A DNA stretch of 63,987 nucleotides, filler included, from NCBI GenBank assembly GCA_964501035.1. It is 9 parts of 9 records of this genome, joined end to end, with 100 filler letters (N's around TTAATTAATTAA, not from the genome) between each part and the next. Parts side by side here need not be neighbours in the genome. Positions count along the whole stretch, not along the records: positions 18,444 to 27,408 come from CAZCRK010000067.1; positions 27,509 to 34,712 come from CAZCRK010000070.1; 7 more parts are not named here. One strand, written 5' to 3'. Below, piece after piece: positions 21,239-32,114 of the stretch. The position numbers and the translations under genes were made by a program. Under the pieces are notes generated by a model, which was not told the DNA's origin, did not search any database, and was given only the letters and a program-made list of their open reading frames with translations. How positions within the stretch are numbered: the first letter of the stretch is position 1; each line of letters begins with the position of its first letter.

Positions 21239-24200
21239 TTGAATTACATTACAAAAAGTAACTTAAGTAAGTTAATCCTGGGACTCCTTATTGGAGTCTC
21301 AGGATTCATATTTGCAGCAGAATCTGTTGTAAGTGAAGATGCATTTTTATTTTGCTTGAAACCATCTGTTCAACCCTTGCAGATTTCTCGAAGTGGTGAT
21401 GTTGTGACAGTAGACAATGATGAGCTAAATAGATATTTTGATGCAAATGGAATAGAAAACATTGAACCTTGGATTCGCCATGCAACTGATATGGATAGAG
21501 ATGGCGAAATCTATTTAAACAGAATTTATAGAGCATATGTAAATGAAGATTTTAGATCATCTATTGAATTTGTTTTAGATGGTATGAATTATTTATCATC
21601 AGTTTTGTATGCTGAATCAGAGTTTATTAGAAAACCAACGTATCAACCCAATGATCCATTATATGATATGCAATGTAGTCTGCCAGCGGTAAAGACAGAT
21701 AAAGCATGGGATTTTTGGGATATACCTGAAGGTATAGTTCCGGAAGGACAAGAAGTAATACTGGCTTCTGTGGATACTGGTGTAGATTATACGCATCCAG
21801 CTTTACAAAGTAGTATTTGGATAAATCAAGCTGAAGTACCAGGATTTATGTTTGAAGCAGGTGTTGATTCAAACTTTGATGGTTCAATTGATGCTGATGA
21901 AGTTGTTGCATTTTTATCTGAAAATGGAATGGATATCAATGAAGACGGAGCTATTAATTTACAAGATGCTCTCGGTGAAGGGTCTCCTTTTAATGACGGA
22001 ATTGATGGCGGTAGTAATGGATATATTGATGATTTAATCGGATGGGATCCTGCAAGTACTAGTTCAGGGTCTTGGGATGAAGATAATGACCCTATGCCAA
22101 AAGAGGGCGTGGCGAATAATAGTACATGGGCTCATGGTACTCACGTTGCTGGGATTCTTGCAGCAACCACTGACGATAATTTTGGAATTGCTTCCACAGC
22201 ATATAGTGCAAAAATAATGTGTGTAAAAGGATCATTTGATAGTCAAAATGGTGAGCCAGGTATTAACAATGGGTATGATGGTATTACCTATGCTGCTAAA
22301 GCTGGGTATTATGCCGGAACGTTTACAATTATTAATAATAGTTGGGGTGGTGGCGGATTTTCTAGTAGTGAAAATTCGGTAATCAATAATGCACATAATA
22401 CTTATGGTGCCATTATTGTGAGTGCAGCAGGAAATGGTGATGATATAGGGGGCGAAGATTATGCGTCTCATTATCCATCATCGTATGATAATTCTATGTC
22501 TGTATGTGCAATGGGTTGTGCTGGCACATGGGGTCATTGGGCAACATTTCACTCAACTGTAACAATAGGTGCTCCCGGTGAATCTGTATATTCTGCAATT
22601 ATTGGTGGTGGATATGAATCTTGGGATGGTTCATCAATGGCGAGTCCAAATGCTGCATCTTGTGTCGGTTTGCTTAAAGCTTATTATCCCGATTGGACCA
22701 ATGATCAATTAATACAAAGAATTTATGATTCTGCGGATAGATTCGTTTATGATTTAAATCCAGAATATGAAGATTGTAATGGGTATAGTGGGACGGATTG
22801 TTTAGGTGCTGGCATGGTGGATGTGTATAAAGCAATTGGCATGGATTTTTCACCTGCTTTTGCTTTAGAAAATTTTGACTATTCTGAAAGTGCTGGTGAT
22901 GGAGATGGGGTATTAAATCCAGGAGAAACGGGTCAAATTTCTATATCACTGTACAATATTGAAGAGTGGACAAATGCAACCAATACATCAGCAACACTTT
23001 CTACCGATAATGAAAATGTTGTAATTGTATCAAATACACAAAATTATGGATCTGTAGGTACAGGTGAAACAGTTACACGTGATTTCATGATTGCTTTATC
23101 TGATGAGATTGAACTAGGTATTATTACTTTTACATTAGATATTTCAGCAACTGGAGCGGATGGATACGAGTATTCAAGTACAGAAGAAATTGAAATATTT
23201 ATCTCTCTCATCCAAGAACACTTTCCATTTTCAGCCAATCAAGAAGTTAAATCAAGTCCTTTGGTTGTGGACCTGAACAATGATGGTGTGAAAGAAATAG
23301 TGTTTGGTGATTATAGTGGAATTGTGCATGTGATTTCAGGAGGTGTTGAACTTGAAAATGATACATTTCCATTTGATACAGGAAATCAAATATGGGGCTC
23401 TGTTGCTTCGGCTGATCTAGATAATGACGGCATGGTGGATTTTGTGGTTCCATCTAAAAGCAAAATGTTATATATTTTTGATATTAATGGTTTAAAAACA
23501 GAGTATGATGCAGATAAGTACCTAATGGGTACTCCAGCAATTGGTAACCTAGATGACGATGAAGATTTAGAGATAGTGTTTGGTGGATATTCACCGAGCA
23601 ATAAAATTTTTGCTATTAACCATGATGGAACAGATGTAAGCGGATTCCCGTTTGAATTAGGTGAAAAAACAAAAGCGGGTGTTTCGCTTGCAGACTTTAA
23701 TGGTAATGGAAAAGATGACATTGTCTTTGGTACGGATAGTGATAACGTGTATGTTATTTTAGATGATGGAACGGTGGCTTCGGGTTTTCCTGTAGGATTG
23801 CCAGATAAAATTCAGTCTGATCCTGCAATACTCAAGTATAATGGTGAGCTTGTAATTTTTACCGGTAATAAAGATGACAACTTCTACGCAATAAACACTG
23901 ATGGTAGTGTTCGATTTGCAACAATAACAGATGGAAATGTATATACGTCTCCATCATTTTTAGAAACTGCTGACGGGTTAGCCATATTTTTTGGATCGGC
24001 AGACGGTTATATTTATGCTGTTGATTTAGATGGAAATGCAATATCACCTTGGCCAATGGATACAGGATCTGATATTGTGGGTTCCATTATTTTTGCTGAT
24101 TTAGATGCAGATGGTGAAAATGAAATTATAGCAGTGAATGATCAAGCTAAATTGTTTGCATATCATCAAGATGGAACTTTGTTTACCCATTTTCCAATCA

Positions 24201-24598
24201 TTTATGAATTCCCTTTTACTAGTGCGCCTATTGTTAATGATGTTGACGACGATGGTGATTTAGAGATTATTGCAGGTTGTTCTGGAAATGTTGTGGCATT
24301 TGATATAAAAGATGAAAGCACTCCTGAAACATCTTGGTCTATGTTTAAAGGTAATAATCAAAGAACTGGTTATTTTATATATGAGGAAGAAAGCTGTGCT
24401 TCACCTGAGTTAGGTGATTCTAACTGTGATGGCATCATAAATGTACTAGATATTTTGATTACAGTAAATATTATTGTTGATGGAGCATCAGGTTCCAGTA
24501 GTTACGAATTATGGGCTGTGGATATTAATTCAGATTCAGTAATTGATATACTTGATATTGTGACAATGGTGAATATTATTATGAATGGTAATGATTGA
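21239..24598 (+). CDS. Secreted S8 (subtilisin-like) serine protease with FG-GAP/VCBS repeats and C-terminal dockerin
   Basis: Triad VDTGVD / HGTHVAG / GSSMASP, oxyanion AAGN; repeats such as SSPLVVDLNNDGVKEIVFG; dockerin GDSNCDGIINVLDI / DINSDSVIDILDIV. TTG start abuts the upstream stop. Confidence 0.92.
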   Translation: MNYITKSNLSKLILGLLIGVSGFIFAAESVVSEDAFLFCLKPSVQPLQISRSGDVVTVDNDELNRYFDANGIENIEPWIRHATDMDRDGEIYLNRIYRAYVNEDFRSSIEFVLDGMNYLSSVLYAESEFIRKPTYQPNDPLYDMQCSLPAVKTDKAWDFWDIPEGIVPEGQEVILASVDTGVDYTHPALQSSIWINQAEVPGFMFEAGVDSNFDGSIDADEVVAFLSENGMDINEDGAINLQDALGEGSPFNDGIDGGSNGYIDDLIGWDPASTSSGSWDEDNDPMPKEGVANNSTWAHGTHVAGILAATTDDNFGIASTAYSAKIMCVKGSFDSQNGEPGINNGYDGITYAAKAGYYAGTFTIINNSWGGGGFSSSENSVINNAHNTYGAIIVSAAGNGDDIGGEDYASHYPSSYDNSMSVCAMGCAGTWGHWATFHSTVTIGAPGESVYSAIIGGGYESWDGSSMASPNAASCVGLLKAYYPDWTNDQLIQRIYDSADRFVYDLNPEYEDCNGYSGTDCLGAGMVDVYKAIGMDFSPAFALENFDYSESAGDGDGVLNPGETGQISISLYNIEEWTNATNTSATLSTDNENVVIVSNTQNYGSVGTGETVTRDFMIALSDEIELGIITFTLDISATGADGYEYSSTEEIEIFISLIQEHFPFSANQEVKSSPLVVDLNNDGVKEIVFGDYSGIVHVISGGVELENDTFPFDTGNQIWGSVASADLDNDGMVDFVVPSKSKMLYIFDINGLKTEYDADKYLMGTPAIGNLDDDEDLEIVFGGYSPSNKIFAINHDGTDVSGFPFELGEKTKAGVSLADFNGNGKDDIVFGTDSDNVYVILDDGTVASGFPVGLPDKIQSDPAILKYNGELVIFTGNKDDNFYAINTDGSVRFATITDGNVYTSPSFLETADGLAIFFGSADGYIYAVDLDGNAISPWPMDTGSDIVGSIIFADLDADGENEIIAVNDQAKLFAYHQDGTLFTHFPIIYEFPFTSAPIVNDVDDDGDLEIIAGCSGNVVAFDIKDESTPETSWSMFKGNNQRTGYFIYEEESCASPELGDSNCDGIINVLDILITVNIIVDGASGSSSYELWAVDINSDSVIDILDIVTMVNIIMNGND

Positions 24599-24703
24599 TA
24601 CGAATTATTACAATTTAATATTTGGTAAGTTATAAAGATATTATTAAAATTCACTATTGTATTGATTAAAGATTTAACAAACAAACTCAAAGAAGGAGAT
24701 AAA

Positions 24704-27208
24704 ATGAAAAGAATAATTACAACTGCATTGCTGTTAACTATGAGTTTCAGTGTTGCGTTTGGTTATGTTAAAAAAGTACCTGTTGACCAGGTAAAAGTCA
24801 AACAAGCAAAACGTGTAGAACCAGCACCAACGGGTCAAGTACACAATGCTAATTTACTACCAACACCTACTCATAATAATAGAAACAGTTCAAGTTTTAC
24901 CTTGATTGATTCTTCTACGAATGGTTTTGGTATGGTTGCTTCAGCAACAAGACCTATCGTTGTAACTGAAGATGATAACTGGTTTATTGCATATAGACAA
25001 TATGCTGGTGCAAATACTACCCATGGTCAGCTAGGTGCAGCTTATTCTGAGGATGGTGTAGATTGGACTTCTTACAATAATATTAATTCTAACGGAAATC
25101 CTCCTTGGGGTGGATCTGGCTTGGCCCAAGCGCGTTACCCAAGTGTAATGGCTTCTGATGAATATCCATTTGCGGTATGGACTGAATATACTGGTTTAGG
25201 TACAAACGGTAGTTATGGTGGATTTTTACACTATACATACGATGAATTTGGTTGGGATGGTGGCTCTTTTGTGTATCCCGAAGCACTAGATGCACAACAC
25301 AACTATGACAAAGATCAATGGGTCCCTTCTGCTGAAATGTCTTTTAACGAAGATGAAGGTATGTATGTAGCAAATGTTGTGTACAATGATTGGACACGGA
25401 GTAGCCGTTGGATATTACATAGTGAATACTATGAAGATGGGTATTTAATTTTTGGTGAAGAATATGAAATTCTTTCAGAAACTGATGGTTGTTTGTCAGG
25501 TGCAACTGACGATGGATCGTATAACTCATCAGCAGTTGTAAGTATGACACCAGATGGATTAGGTATGGTTGGTATGGTTGGATTGTTTGCTGGCGGAATT
25601 GATGATGCAAGCGAAATCAATAATGACCATACAGCTCTCTTTAAATTAACTGACAATCATGGTGTTTCTTGGTATGGTGACGATAATAGTTGTGGATATT
25701 ACCATATTCCTGAAGAAGTATTCTCTGATATTATTTCTACTAATTTTAGTGACCCTTATGTGGATGAATGTGAAGGTACTGAAACTGCTATGAATAGTGT
25801 ATGGACATATTATGAATTTGATATGAAAGTAGATGCAAGTGGTAACCCTCATATTGTTATGAGTGTAATGCCTTGTGACGATGAATTCTGTTACTACTTA
25901 GATAATACTGGTTTTTACCATTTTACAATTGACAGGGATTACTTAGATAATCCTGGTCAAATTAATACATCTACAGGATGGAACTGGTCATTTGTAATTA
26001 ATGGTAGCCAAACTTGGATGTTCCAAGATATGGCTGCTAATTCATACATTTGGAATTCTCAAGCAAGTATAACTTTTAGTCGCGACAATGAAGACATTGT
26101 TTTTATTACAACTAATATGGCAGAAGTTGGCGAAATAGAAGGATATGATGAAGCGGATCCATTTGACTGTGTAGAGCCTTTTGAATCCTACCCTGAGTGG
26201 AGTCAAGAAATTATGGTGTCAAAATCTGAAGATAATGGTGCTTCTTGGTGGAATCCAATGAGAGCAACTAGTACACCAGATGAAACTGGTGGTATTTGTC
26301 CAGATGGTTACCCAATGTGTGGACCAGAAGAAGAATATCCTCATGCTGCTCACTGGGGTACAGATGACATGGTGTATATCATGTTCCAAATGCCAAATTG
26401 GGATTTCAACGAAATTGGTGATTTAACTGGACCAGATTTTATGAACTTTGTGTATGCAGGTTATGCTGAAGTAACTGAACCTGGTGAAGAATATGGCTCT
26501 GGTGGACCAAGTTGTAATGCAGCTGGTGATGTAAATGGTGATGAAGTGGTGAATATCCTAGATATCGTAGGAATTGTAAATCATATTTTAGGTACATCTC
26601 CTCTCGATGATGCAGTGTTATGTGCTGGTGATTATAACGGTGATGATATTGTTAATATTTTAGATATTGTTGGTATCGTGAACTATATTCTTGGTAATGG
26701 TAGAATGGTTCAAGATGGTTCCTATTCAATTAATGGAAACTCTATGAGTATTACCAATGTTGCTGGTATTCAAGTTGATGGTACATTGGTTTCTGAGGTT
26801 GAAGGTTCAGATCAAGCATATACAGAAAATGGTAAAACAGTTATCTTTAATATGAATGGTAATTTAGAAACGAAGTCATTTACTTTTGATGCTATTTCAA
26901 ATGAAGTGGTTGCAACCTTAAGTGGTGATATCGCTTCAGAAATTAGTCAGTTCTCATTAAGTGCTGCCTATCCAAATCCATTTAACCCAAGCACAATGGT
27001 TAGTTTGAATATACCTACTGAAGGTCATGTTTCAGTGAAAGTGTATAATATTTCTGGACAAACTGTTGCTGTGCTTTCTGATGGATTTATGCAAGCAAAT
27101 AATTATGATTTAACTTGGAACGCAACTGATGTTGCAAGTGGTGTATATTTGGTTCGTGCAGAATCTGCAGGTCAAATTGCTACTCAAAAAGTAATGCTTT
27201 TAAAATAA
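24704..27208 (+). CDS. Secreted Asp-box (BNR) beta-propeller-like protein with dockerin and T9SS type A C-terminal domain
   Basis: AGGAG RBS and signal peptide; Asp-boxes SEDGVDW, TDNHGVSW, SEDNGASW; dockerin GDVNGDEVVNILDIV / GDYNGDDIVNILDIV; CTD AYPNPFNPST...ASGVYLVR...TQKVMLLK. Confidence 0.85.
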   Translation: MKRIITTALLLTMSFSVAFGYVKKVPVDQVKVKQAKRVEPAPTGQVHNANLLPTPTHNNRNSSSFTLIDSSTNGFGMVASATRPIVVTEDDNWFIAYRQYAGANTTHGQLGAAYSEDGVDWTSYNNINSNGNPPWGGSGLAQARYPSVMASDEYPFAVWTEYTGLGTNGSYGGFLHYTYDEFGWDGGSFVYPEALDAQHNYDKDQWVPSAEMSFNEDEGMYVANVVYNDWTRSSRWILHSEYYEDGYLIFGEEYEILSETDGCLSGATDDGSYNSSAVVSMTPDGLGMVGMVGLFAGGIDDASEINNDHTALFKLTDNHGVSWYGDDNSCGYYHIPEEVFSDIISTNFSDPYVDECEGTETAMNSVWTYYEFDMKVDASGNPHIVMSVMPCDDEFCYYLDNTGFYHFTIDRDYLDNPGQINTSTGWNWSFVINGSQTWMFQDMAANSYIWNSQASITFSRDNEDIVFITTNMAEVGEIEGYDEADPFDCVEPFESYPEWSQEIMVSKSEDNGASWWNPMRATSTPDETGGICPDGYPMCGPEEEYPHAAHWGTDDMVYIMFQMPNWDFNEIGDLTGPDFMNFVYAGYAEVTEPGEEYGSGGPSCNAAGDVNGDEVVNILDIVGIVNHILGTSPLDDAVLCAGDYNGDDIVNILDIVGIVNYILGNGRMVQDGSYSINGNSMSITNVAGIQVDGTLVSEVEGSDQAYTENGKTVIFNMNGNLETKSFTFDAISNEVVATLSGDIASEISQFSLSAAYPNPFNPSTMVSLNIPTEGHVSVKVYNISGQTVAVLSDGFMQANNYDLTWNATDVASGVYLVRAESAGQIATQKVMLLK

Positions 27209-27216
27209 CATAATAA

Positions 27217-27241
27217 TGGGGAGGGCAAGGTGCTCTCCCCA
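27217..27241 (+). terminator. GC-rich intergenic hairpin (terminator or mRNA-stabilising stem)
   Basis: TGGGGAGGGCA-AGG-TGCTCTCCCCA forms an 11-bp stem with one G-U pair; no U-tract follows. Confidence 0.5.
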
Positions 27242-27271
27242 CCTAATTAACATAAATAATAGGGGACAATA

Positions 27272-27408
27272 ATGAAAAAAATAATCGTAACAATAACAAT
27301 GGTTGCTTCTATGCTGTTTGCTGAAGATGTAACTTTAGGTTGTTCAAATATTGCTGATGATGGTGCTGGTAATGTAACATTTGATGTACACATGGAAAAT
27401 ACTGCTGA
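27272..27408 (+). CDS. Secreted protein, N-terminus only (possibly cohesin-like)
   Basis: AGGGG RBS; signal peptide MKKIIVTITMVASMLFA followed by EDVTLGCSNIADDGAGNVTFDVHMENTA; truncated by the gap. Confidence 0.6.
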
Positions 27409-27508
27409 NNNNNNNNNNNNNNNNNNNNNNNNNNNNNNNNNNNNNNNNNNNNTTAATTAATTAANNNNNNNNNNNNNNNNNNNNNNNNNNNNNNNNNNNN
27501 NNNNNNNN

Positions 27509-28461
27509 AGGTAGAGAGGCATATCCAAAGAATCAGCAGTATATGCTAAACGATTGGTAATCCAATCTTGCACATATTCAACTGTGCCATATCCATTATA
27601 TACATAATCATACCACTGATTTCGTATCCAAGCAGTATCCAAATCAACTTCAAGTAAGTTGTCAGGATGAAATATTAATGAATCATAGGGAAATGGAATC
27701 CCTGTTGTTCTAATGGGGAAATTTCCAAAACATTTTCCCTGATTTACAAAAATCCACGGTTCGTAAAAATGCACTGTGGGGATAATATTTTCATCTCCAA
27801 GAAGTGCAAGAGTATCCACCTGTCCCCAAACAATAATTGTATGTACGGTATCTACAGTGCGAATAGAATCAATAATTGTTTTAAATGCAAAACGCATTTC
27901 TAACGAGTCTATACCACCTGGTTCATTATAGATTTCATACAACAACGAATCAGGGTGGTAGTCTTTATATCTATTGGCAATATCCCGCCATTGTTTGCCA
28001 ATATATTGAGAAGATGTATCATAATTATTCGAGTTTAACATTGTGTCATCCCACGCCCAATTGTAATAATCTAATACAACTATTAAATCATTGTCCCTGC
28101 AATATGAAATTCCTTCATCGGTATAATCAAAAATGGTAGAATCGGTAGATTCAAATATTGGAGGACAATCCGTAGTATCTACATCCCAGCACCAAGTTGA
28201 ATCATACAAGTTTGGCCACCAATGTGCAAAATCTACTTTAAGTCGTACATGGTCAAAGCCTAACTCCTTCATTAATTGGAAATCATCTGCTGTATATTCT
28301 CTATAATTATCACTATTTGTATTATGAATATGGGTTAACCACCCCTGGGCATTTATACCACTTCCAAGCATATCATATCGTAGTAGTGCATCATCACTAA
28401 TTTGGTTATGAACCAAAGATAGGCATATACAAAAACCACATAAAGCTTGAGTAATTTTCAT
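27509..28461 (-). CDS. Glycoside hydrolase family 5 (3' partial)
   Basis: GIN..GWL, MKELGFDHVRL, acid/base YEIYNEP, TVHFYEPWIFVNQG; cut at MPLY just before the nucleophile Glu. Confidence 0.9.
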
Positions 28462-28554
28462 TTGTTCTCCTAAATTAATCGAATATAATATTACAACAAT
28501 CTAAATAGGTATTTTAAGAAATTTTTTTAAAGCGGTGAAAATTGGATTAACAGA

Positions 28555-29749
28555 TTATTTAATTACCTGTTCTAATTTATCTAACCCCTTGTTTAAAATA
28601 GTCATTTCTGCACCAAAACTAATTCGAGAATAATTATTATATCGTGCAAAGGTTCGTCGTTTCCCAGGATTTACATCAAAAAATGTTCCAGGAACCGTTA
28701 TAACTTTATTTTTGAGTCCGGCTTTGAATAATTCCATTCCATCATTTAAGGGGGTTGGTAAATCTGATACATTCACCCAAATATAAAATGCTCCCATTGG
28801 AATATGTTCAATATTAAATCCCATATTTTGTAATCGACTAATTGCAAAATCACGTTTTTGGATGAAACATTGTTGAAGGGCAGTGGATTCTTGTTTAACA
28901 TAATCAAGTTCTAATAATGGAAGAGTATGATGTTGAAACGGATTACTGGCTCCGCCATCCAAAAATGATCCTGCACTTGCGACTTTTAGAATGACATCTT
29001 TGGGACCAACAGTCCAACTGATTCTCCATCCAGGGTATCTCCAATTTTTGGTTAACCCATCAATAAGAATAACAGGATCGCGATTCACATCGTCAACAAA
29101 CTCAGCACTCGATACTATGTTAACATCTGAATTTCTAACTTTTGGATACACGTAATGCGAATAAAATTCATCAAAAATCATAGTACATTTAAAATCTCGG
29201 GCAATTTCAATTCGTTTAGCTAGTTCATCCCCATATACCAATTGTCCCGTTGGATTACAAGGATTGCTCATTAACATTGCCCCTAGCCCTCTTCCAGTAA
29301 TTTCCTTTTTTAAATCGTGAGATAAAATTTGGTATCCATTTTCAGGTCTAAGTAAAATACCCCATATTGGTATTACCCAAAGATGCTGCCAAACGAGTTA
29401 GTCCTGATCGACCACCACCGGAAATTGATACATTTTCATAGGTATATTTTGATGATTTTCCTTTTCTGAAAGTTTGATTGTAAAACTCAGCAATTTTTTA
29501 TCGAAGTTGTGTAATCCCATCCACTGGAGAATATTCGAAAGAATCAGAATGAATATGAATATCCTGGATTCGCTGATGGCTGTTTGGTAAGACGGTAGTT
29601 TCTGGTGCTCCTTGACCAAGATTTACCCAGTTCGGGTTTCCACGACTAAACCCAACTGAGGATGCCTCACTCATTATGTAAATAACACCCGTTTTTGGGA
29701 TTGGTCTAAAAGCTGGAATAGATTCTTTTGTTGATTGTTTTGATGTCAT
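28555..29749 (-). pseudogene. Class I/II PLP aminotransferase, disrupted
   Basis: N-terminal NLGQGAPE; in-frame TAA at 29498-29500; reading continues KIAEFYNQTFRKGK...GGGRSGLTRLAASLGNTNMG, then frameshifts near 29360 into ILLRPENGY...SNPCNPTG, DEFY and the PLP lysine motif LTKNWRYPGWRISW. Confidence 0.85.
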
Positions 29750-29804
29750 TTAATTAAATATTTCCGACAAGTATTTTTGAATATTAGCAAAAATGTTATA
29801 AAAA

Positions 29805-30983
29805 TCAAATGCCGAAATTTTTTCCAGTTTTAATAAATGCTTCTATTGCTCTGTCTAAATGGTTACGAGTATGTCCCGCACTAATTTGCACTCGAATTCT
29901 GGCTTCATTTTTTGGAACAACAGGGTAGAAAAATCCAATGACATAAATTCCTTCTTTGAGCATATCAGATGCCATATTTTGAGCTAGTTTTGCATCACCT
30001 AACATGATAGGAACTATCGGATGAACCCCCTCTTTTATGTTAAACCCAGCATCTGTCATAGATTGCCGAAAGTACAAGGTGTTTTCTTCCAAAGTATCAC
30101 GTAAATCTGTGGTTTCTGATAGCATATTAATTACTTCAATAGATGCACTCACAATTGCTGGAGCAACTGTATTACTGAACAAATATGGTCGTGAGCGCTG
30201 GCGTAGCATGTCAACAATTTCTTGTGAACCGGATGTAAATCCACCGGACGCACCACCAAGAGCTTTGCCCAAGGTTGAGGTAACAATATCAACACGTCCC
30301 ATTACATTGCAGTGGTCAATTGAACCACGCCCATGTTTGCCAAAAAATCCAGTAGCATGCGAATCATCTACATGAACCAGAGCATTGTATTTTTCAGCTA
30401 AATCACAAATTTCACCTAACTTTGCAACAAATCCATCCATGGAGAATACTCCATCCGTTGTGATTAACCGTGTTTTGGCATCTTGAGTATTTTTCAAAAT
30501 TTCTTCAAGAGCATGCATATCAGAATTTGGATAACGATGCCGTTGTGCTTTACAGAGTCGAACTCCATCTATAATGGAAGCATGATTTAATGCATCAGAA
30601 ATTATTGCATCTTCGGGACCCAGCAGTGTTTCAAATAATCCGCCATTGGCATCATAGCAGGATGTATAGAGAATCGTATCATCCATTTGTAGAAATGTGG
30701 ATAATTTTGCTTCTAATGTTTTGTGAATAGATTGTGTGCCACAAATAAAACGCACTGAGCTTAATCCAAATCCCCATTGGTCTAATCCATCTTGCGCGGC
30801 TTTTATTAAACGCGGATGATTTGACAATCCTAAATAATTATTTGCACAAAAATTGAGTACTTTTTCATTATTTACAGAAATTTCTGCACGTTGTTGAGAT
30901 TCAATAATGCGTTCATTTTTGTAAAGTCCAGCGTCTTTGATAGTCTCAAGTTCTGTTGCCAACATTTGTTTAATTGTATCCAT
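29805..30983 (-). CDS. kbl: Glycine C-acetyltransferase (2-amino-3-ketobutyrate CoA ligase)
   Basis: [70 protein letters not shown]. Confidence 0.96.
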   Translation of the reverse strand: MDTIKQMLATELETIKDAGLYKNERIIESQQRAEISVNNEKVLNFCANNYLGLSNHPRLIKAAQDGLDQWGFGLSSVRFICGTQSIHKTLEAKLSTFLQMDDTILYTSCYDANGGLFETLLGPEDAIISDALNHASIIDGVRLCKAQRHRYPNSDMHALEEILKNTQDAKTRLITTDGVFSMDGFVAKLGEICDLAEKYNALVHVDDSHATGFFGKHGRGSIDHCNVMGRVDIVTSTLGKALGGASGGFTSGSQEIVDMLRQRSRPYLFSNTVAPAIVSASIEVINMLSETTDLRDTLEENTLYFRQSMTDAGFNIKEGVHPIVPIMLGDAKLAQNMASDMLKEGIYVIGFFYPVVPKNEARIRVQISAGHTRNHLDRAIEAFIKTGKNFGI

Positions 30984-30992
30984 TTTCAATCC

Positions 30993-32015
30993 TTAATTTT
31001 TGCGGTAAATTTCTTTAATGTTTGGAATTAAATATTCAGAAAATGCAGAATTTAAATCAAATTTAGGTTTCCAATTCCAATCGGTTCTTGCTTTAGTATC
31101 ATCCACATTTGCTGGCCAACTATCCACAATGGATTGCCTTCTTTCATTTACAGAATATTGGACATCCGCTTGGCTAAAGTATTGTTTAACCAGTGTTTCA
31201 ACATCTTTTGCTGTGGGATTCATTGAGGATATATTGTATGTATGTGTGGTTAAATTTTCTTTGGGTGTACTCATTAATTGTATTGTTGCTTGAATAGCCT
31301 CCGGCATGGTCATAAATGGAATTTGAGTATTTTCTCGAACAAACGAATCATATCTCTTGTTTTGTGCAATTGCATGAATCATTTCCGGGACAAAATCACT
31401 AGTACCACCCGTTGGAATTGTCATTGCACTTATTAATCCGGGAAAGCGAATTGACCTAAAATCGACCAAACCAGGTGTGAAATCTTGGGCTAATCGTTGA
31501 TAATGATTAGCGTAATAATACCCTAAATTTTCACAGTAAAGTTTATTGCAACCATACATTGTTTTTGGTTTTAAATATTCACTCTCTTTGATATCACCCG
31601 CTAATTGCTTTTCACTAATAGAATCTAAGCCATATACTGCAATTGAACTAGGAAAGAAAAACTTAACTGGTTTTCCCAAACTTTTGGATTGGTCAACTGC
31701 TAATCCAAGTAAATTGATAGTTCCCCCAACATTGACTTCATGCGCCATTTGTGGAGAAAATTCTGCTCGTGTGCTGAGCAATGCTGCTAAGTGGTAAATC
31801 TCCCGAACTTCATATTCACTATTTATTTGTTCCAATAGATTTTTATCTAAGATGTTTCCAACAACACCTTCTTGGATGAGTGAATTGATTTGACTATCGA
31901 TTGGTTGAAGGTCTAGAGCTACAATATTGCTTTGTTTGTTTTTGTTCAAAGCAGAAATCAGACCATGTCCAATTTCTCCATTTGCACCTGTTATTAATAT
32001 GATTGGTTTTCTCAT
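30993..32015 (-). CDS. tdh: L-threonine 3-dehydrogenase, SDR/epimerase type
   Basis: GANGEIG, HLAALLS, PSSIAVYG, YGCNK, RFPGLIS..PTGGTSDF, RQSIVDSWP; adjacent to kbl. Confidence 0.85.
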   Translation of the reverse strand: MRKPIILITGANGEIGHGLISALNKNKQSNIVALDLQPIDSQINSLIQEGVVGNILDKNLLEQINSEYEVREIYHLAALLSTRAEFSPQMAHEVNVGGTINLLGLAVDQSKSLGKPVKFFFPSSIAVYGLDSISEKQLAGDIKESEYLKPKTMYGCNKLYCENLGYYYANHYQRLAQDFTPGLVDFRSIRFPGLISAMTIPTGGTSDFVPEMIHAIAQNKRYDSFVRENTQIPFMTMPEAIQATIQLMSTPKENLTTHTYNISSMNPTAKDVETLVKQYFSQADVQYSVNERRQSIVDSWPANVDDTKARTDWNWKPKFDLNSAFSEYLIPNIKEIYRKN

Positions 32016-32114
32016 GTTAAATCCTTATTGCAAAATAAAATACGGGGTATAATTTACCCAAAATTTGCTATTCCTTCTTTGTTTGCATTGAAAAAAACAA
32101 ATAATTTAGTTAAT

